From Selenomonadaceae bacterium (lineage in GTDB: Bacteria; Bacillota; Negativicutes; Selenomonadales; Selenomonadaceae): a stretch of 53,274 bases of DNA. The stretch spans positions 1-53,274 of the forward strand of contig JAFQZB010000316.1 of the NCBI GenBank assembly GCA_017406175.1. Reading direction: 5' to 3'. How positions within the stretch are numbered: the first letter of the stretch is position 1; each line of letters begins with the position of its first letter. Below, in pieces: positions 53,140 to 53,274 of this stretch. The notes under the pieces were generated by a model. The model was not told the DNA's origin, did no database searches, and worked only from the letters and a program-made list of their open reading frames with translations. Both the position numbers and the translations under genes were made by a program.

Positions 53140-53274
53140 GAACATGTGTTCACAAACGTTTGATTAAAGTGTGGATATGAGAAATTTTGATTAAAGTTTC
53201 AGCAGAAGCGGCAGTTAACTCGTAATCCTTGCTGAGTCGGCGGGAGTGATTGAGCCAAGCAAACGTTCGTTCTA
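53140..53274 (-). mobile_element. IS5-family insertion sequence, partial (3' end of the transposase gene plus terminal sequence)
   Basis: The minus-strand frame reads [40 protein letters not shown] with the stop at 53150-53152. [15 protein letters not shown] is the hallmark C-terminus of IS5-family DDE transposases. The inferred end is preceded by CTAA (53136-53139), an IS5-type target. Confidence 0.7.

Noticed and set aside
53158-53195. The repeated TTGATTAAAGT motif near the right edge as Tn7/Mu-like multiple transposase-binding sites.
   Set aside because: The repeats fall inside the transposase reading frame, where they encode TLIK twice. The C-terminal [15 protein letters not shown] motif identifies an IS5-family element instead.

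Overview
This is a 53.3-kb chromosomal window of mid-range GC by eye. It comes from a bacterium that combines spoVS, an RND efflux operon and a large partner-switching signalling cluster. The phylum cannot be fixed from the sequence alone. Most of the window is recognisable housekeeping. In order: spoVS (partial), a PHP phosphoesterase, tRNA-Gln(CUG), a GH3 NagZ-like lipoprotein, a Dabb protein, a C-N hydrolase, recA-recX, and an MFP / DAACS-symporter / RND-pump operon. Next come folP-folB-folK::folA-ung, an amidase, and a signalling cluster with two SpoIIE/PP2C phosphatases, RsbW-like and STAS proteins and a hybrid histidine kinase. The rest is uvrB, an HD-GYP protein, yitT, clpB, lepB-pyrB-pyrC-ahcY, mtaD, a polysaccharide deacetylase, a UbiA prenyltransferase and a P-loop kinase.

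Accessory content:
- A BrnT/BrnA pair and a RelE/antitoxin pair whose toxin carries an in-frame TGA.
- A small XRE / zinc-ribbon / HNH islet next to recA.
- A partial IS5-family transposase at the right edge.

The most unusual locus is a tightly packed three-gene cassette at 35085-40495. It encodes a repeat-rich coiled-coil protein ending in a GrpE-like beta-domain, an AT-rich orphan ORF, and a 1234-aa protein. That large protein has Hsp70/actin-fold ATPase motifs in its C-terminal half and a tandemly duplicated domain I cannot recognise in its N-terminal half. I consider it the best candidate for an undescribed system.

Other notable signals:
- Three dispersed paralogous genes for double-glycine-leader secreted proteins, each preceded by an identical ECF-type promoter architecture (TGTAAC-N16-CGTATA).
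- A roughly 500-nt promoter-to-terminator unit downstream of recX with no credible ORF and an internal ~95-bp tandem repeat, a candidate large ncRNA.
- An HPPK-DHFR fusion carrying an in-frame 129-bp duplication/insertion. Its core resembles a palindromic element upstream of uvrB.
- A DAACS transporter with a degenerate GHKL-like N-terminal domain wedged inside the RND operon.

All calls come from reading the sequence and ORF translations by eye. No database search was run.
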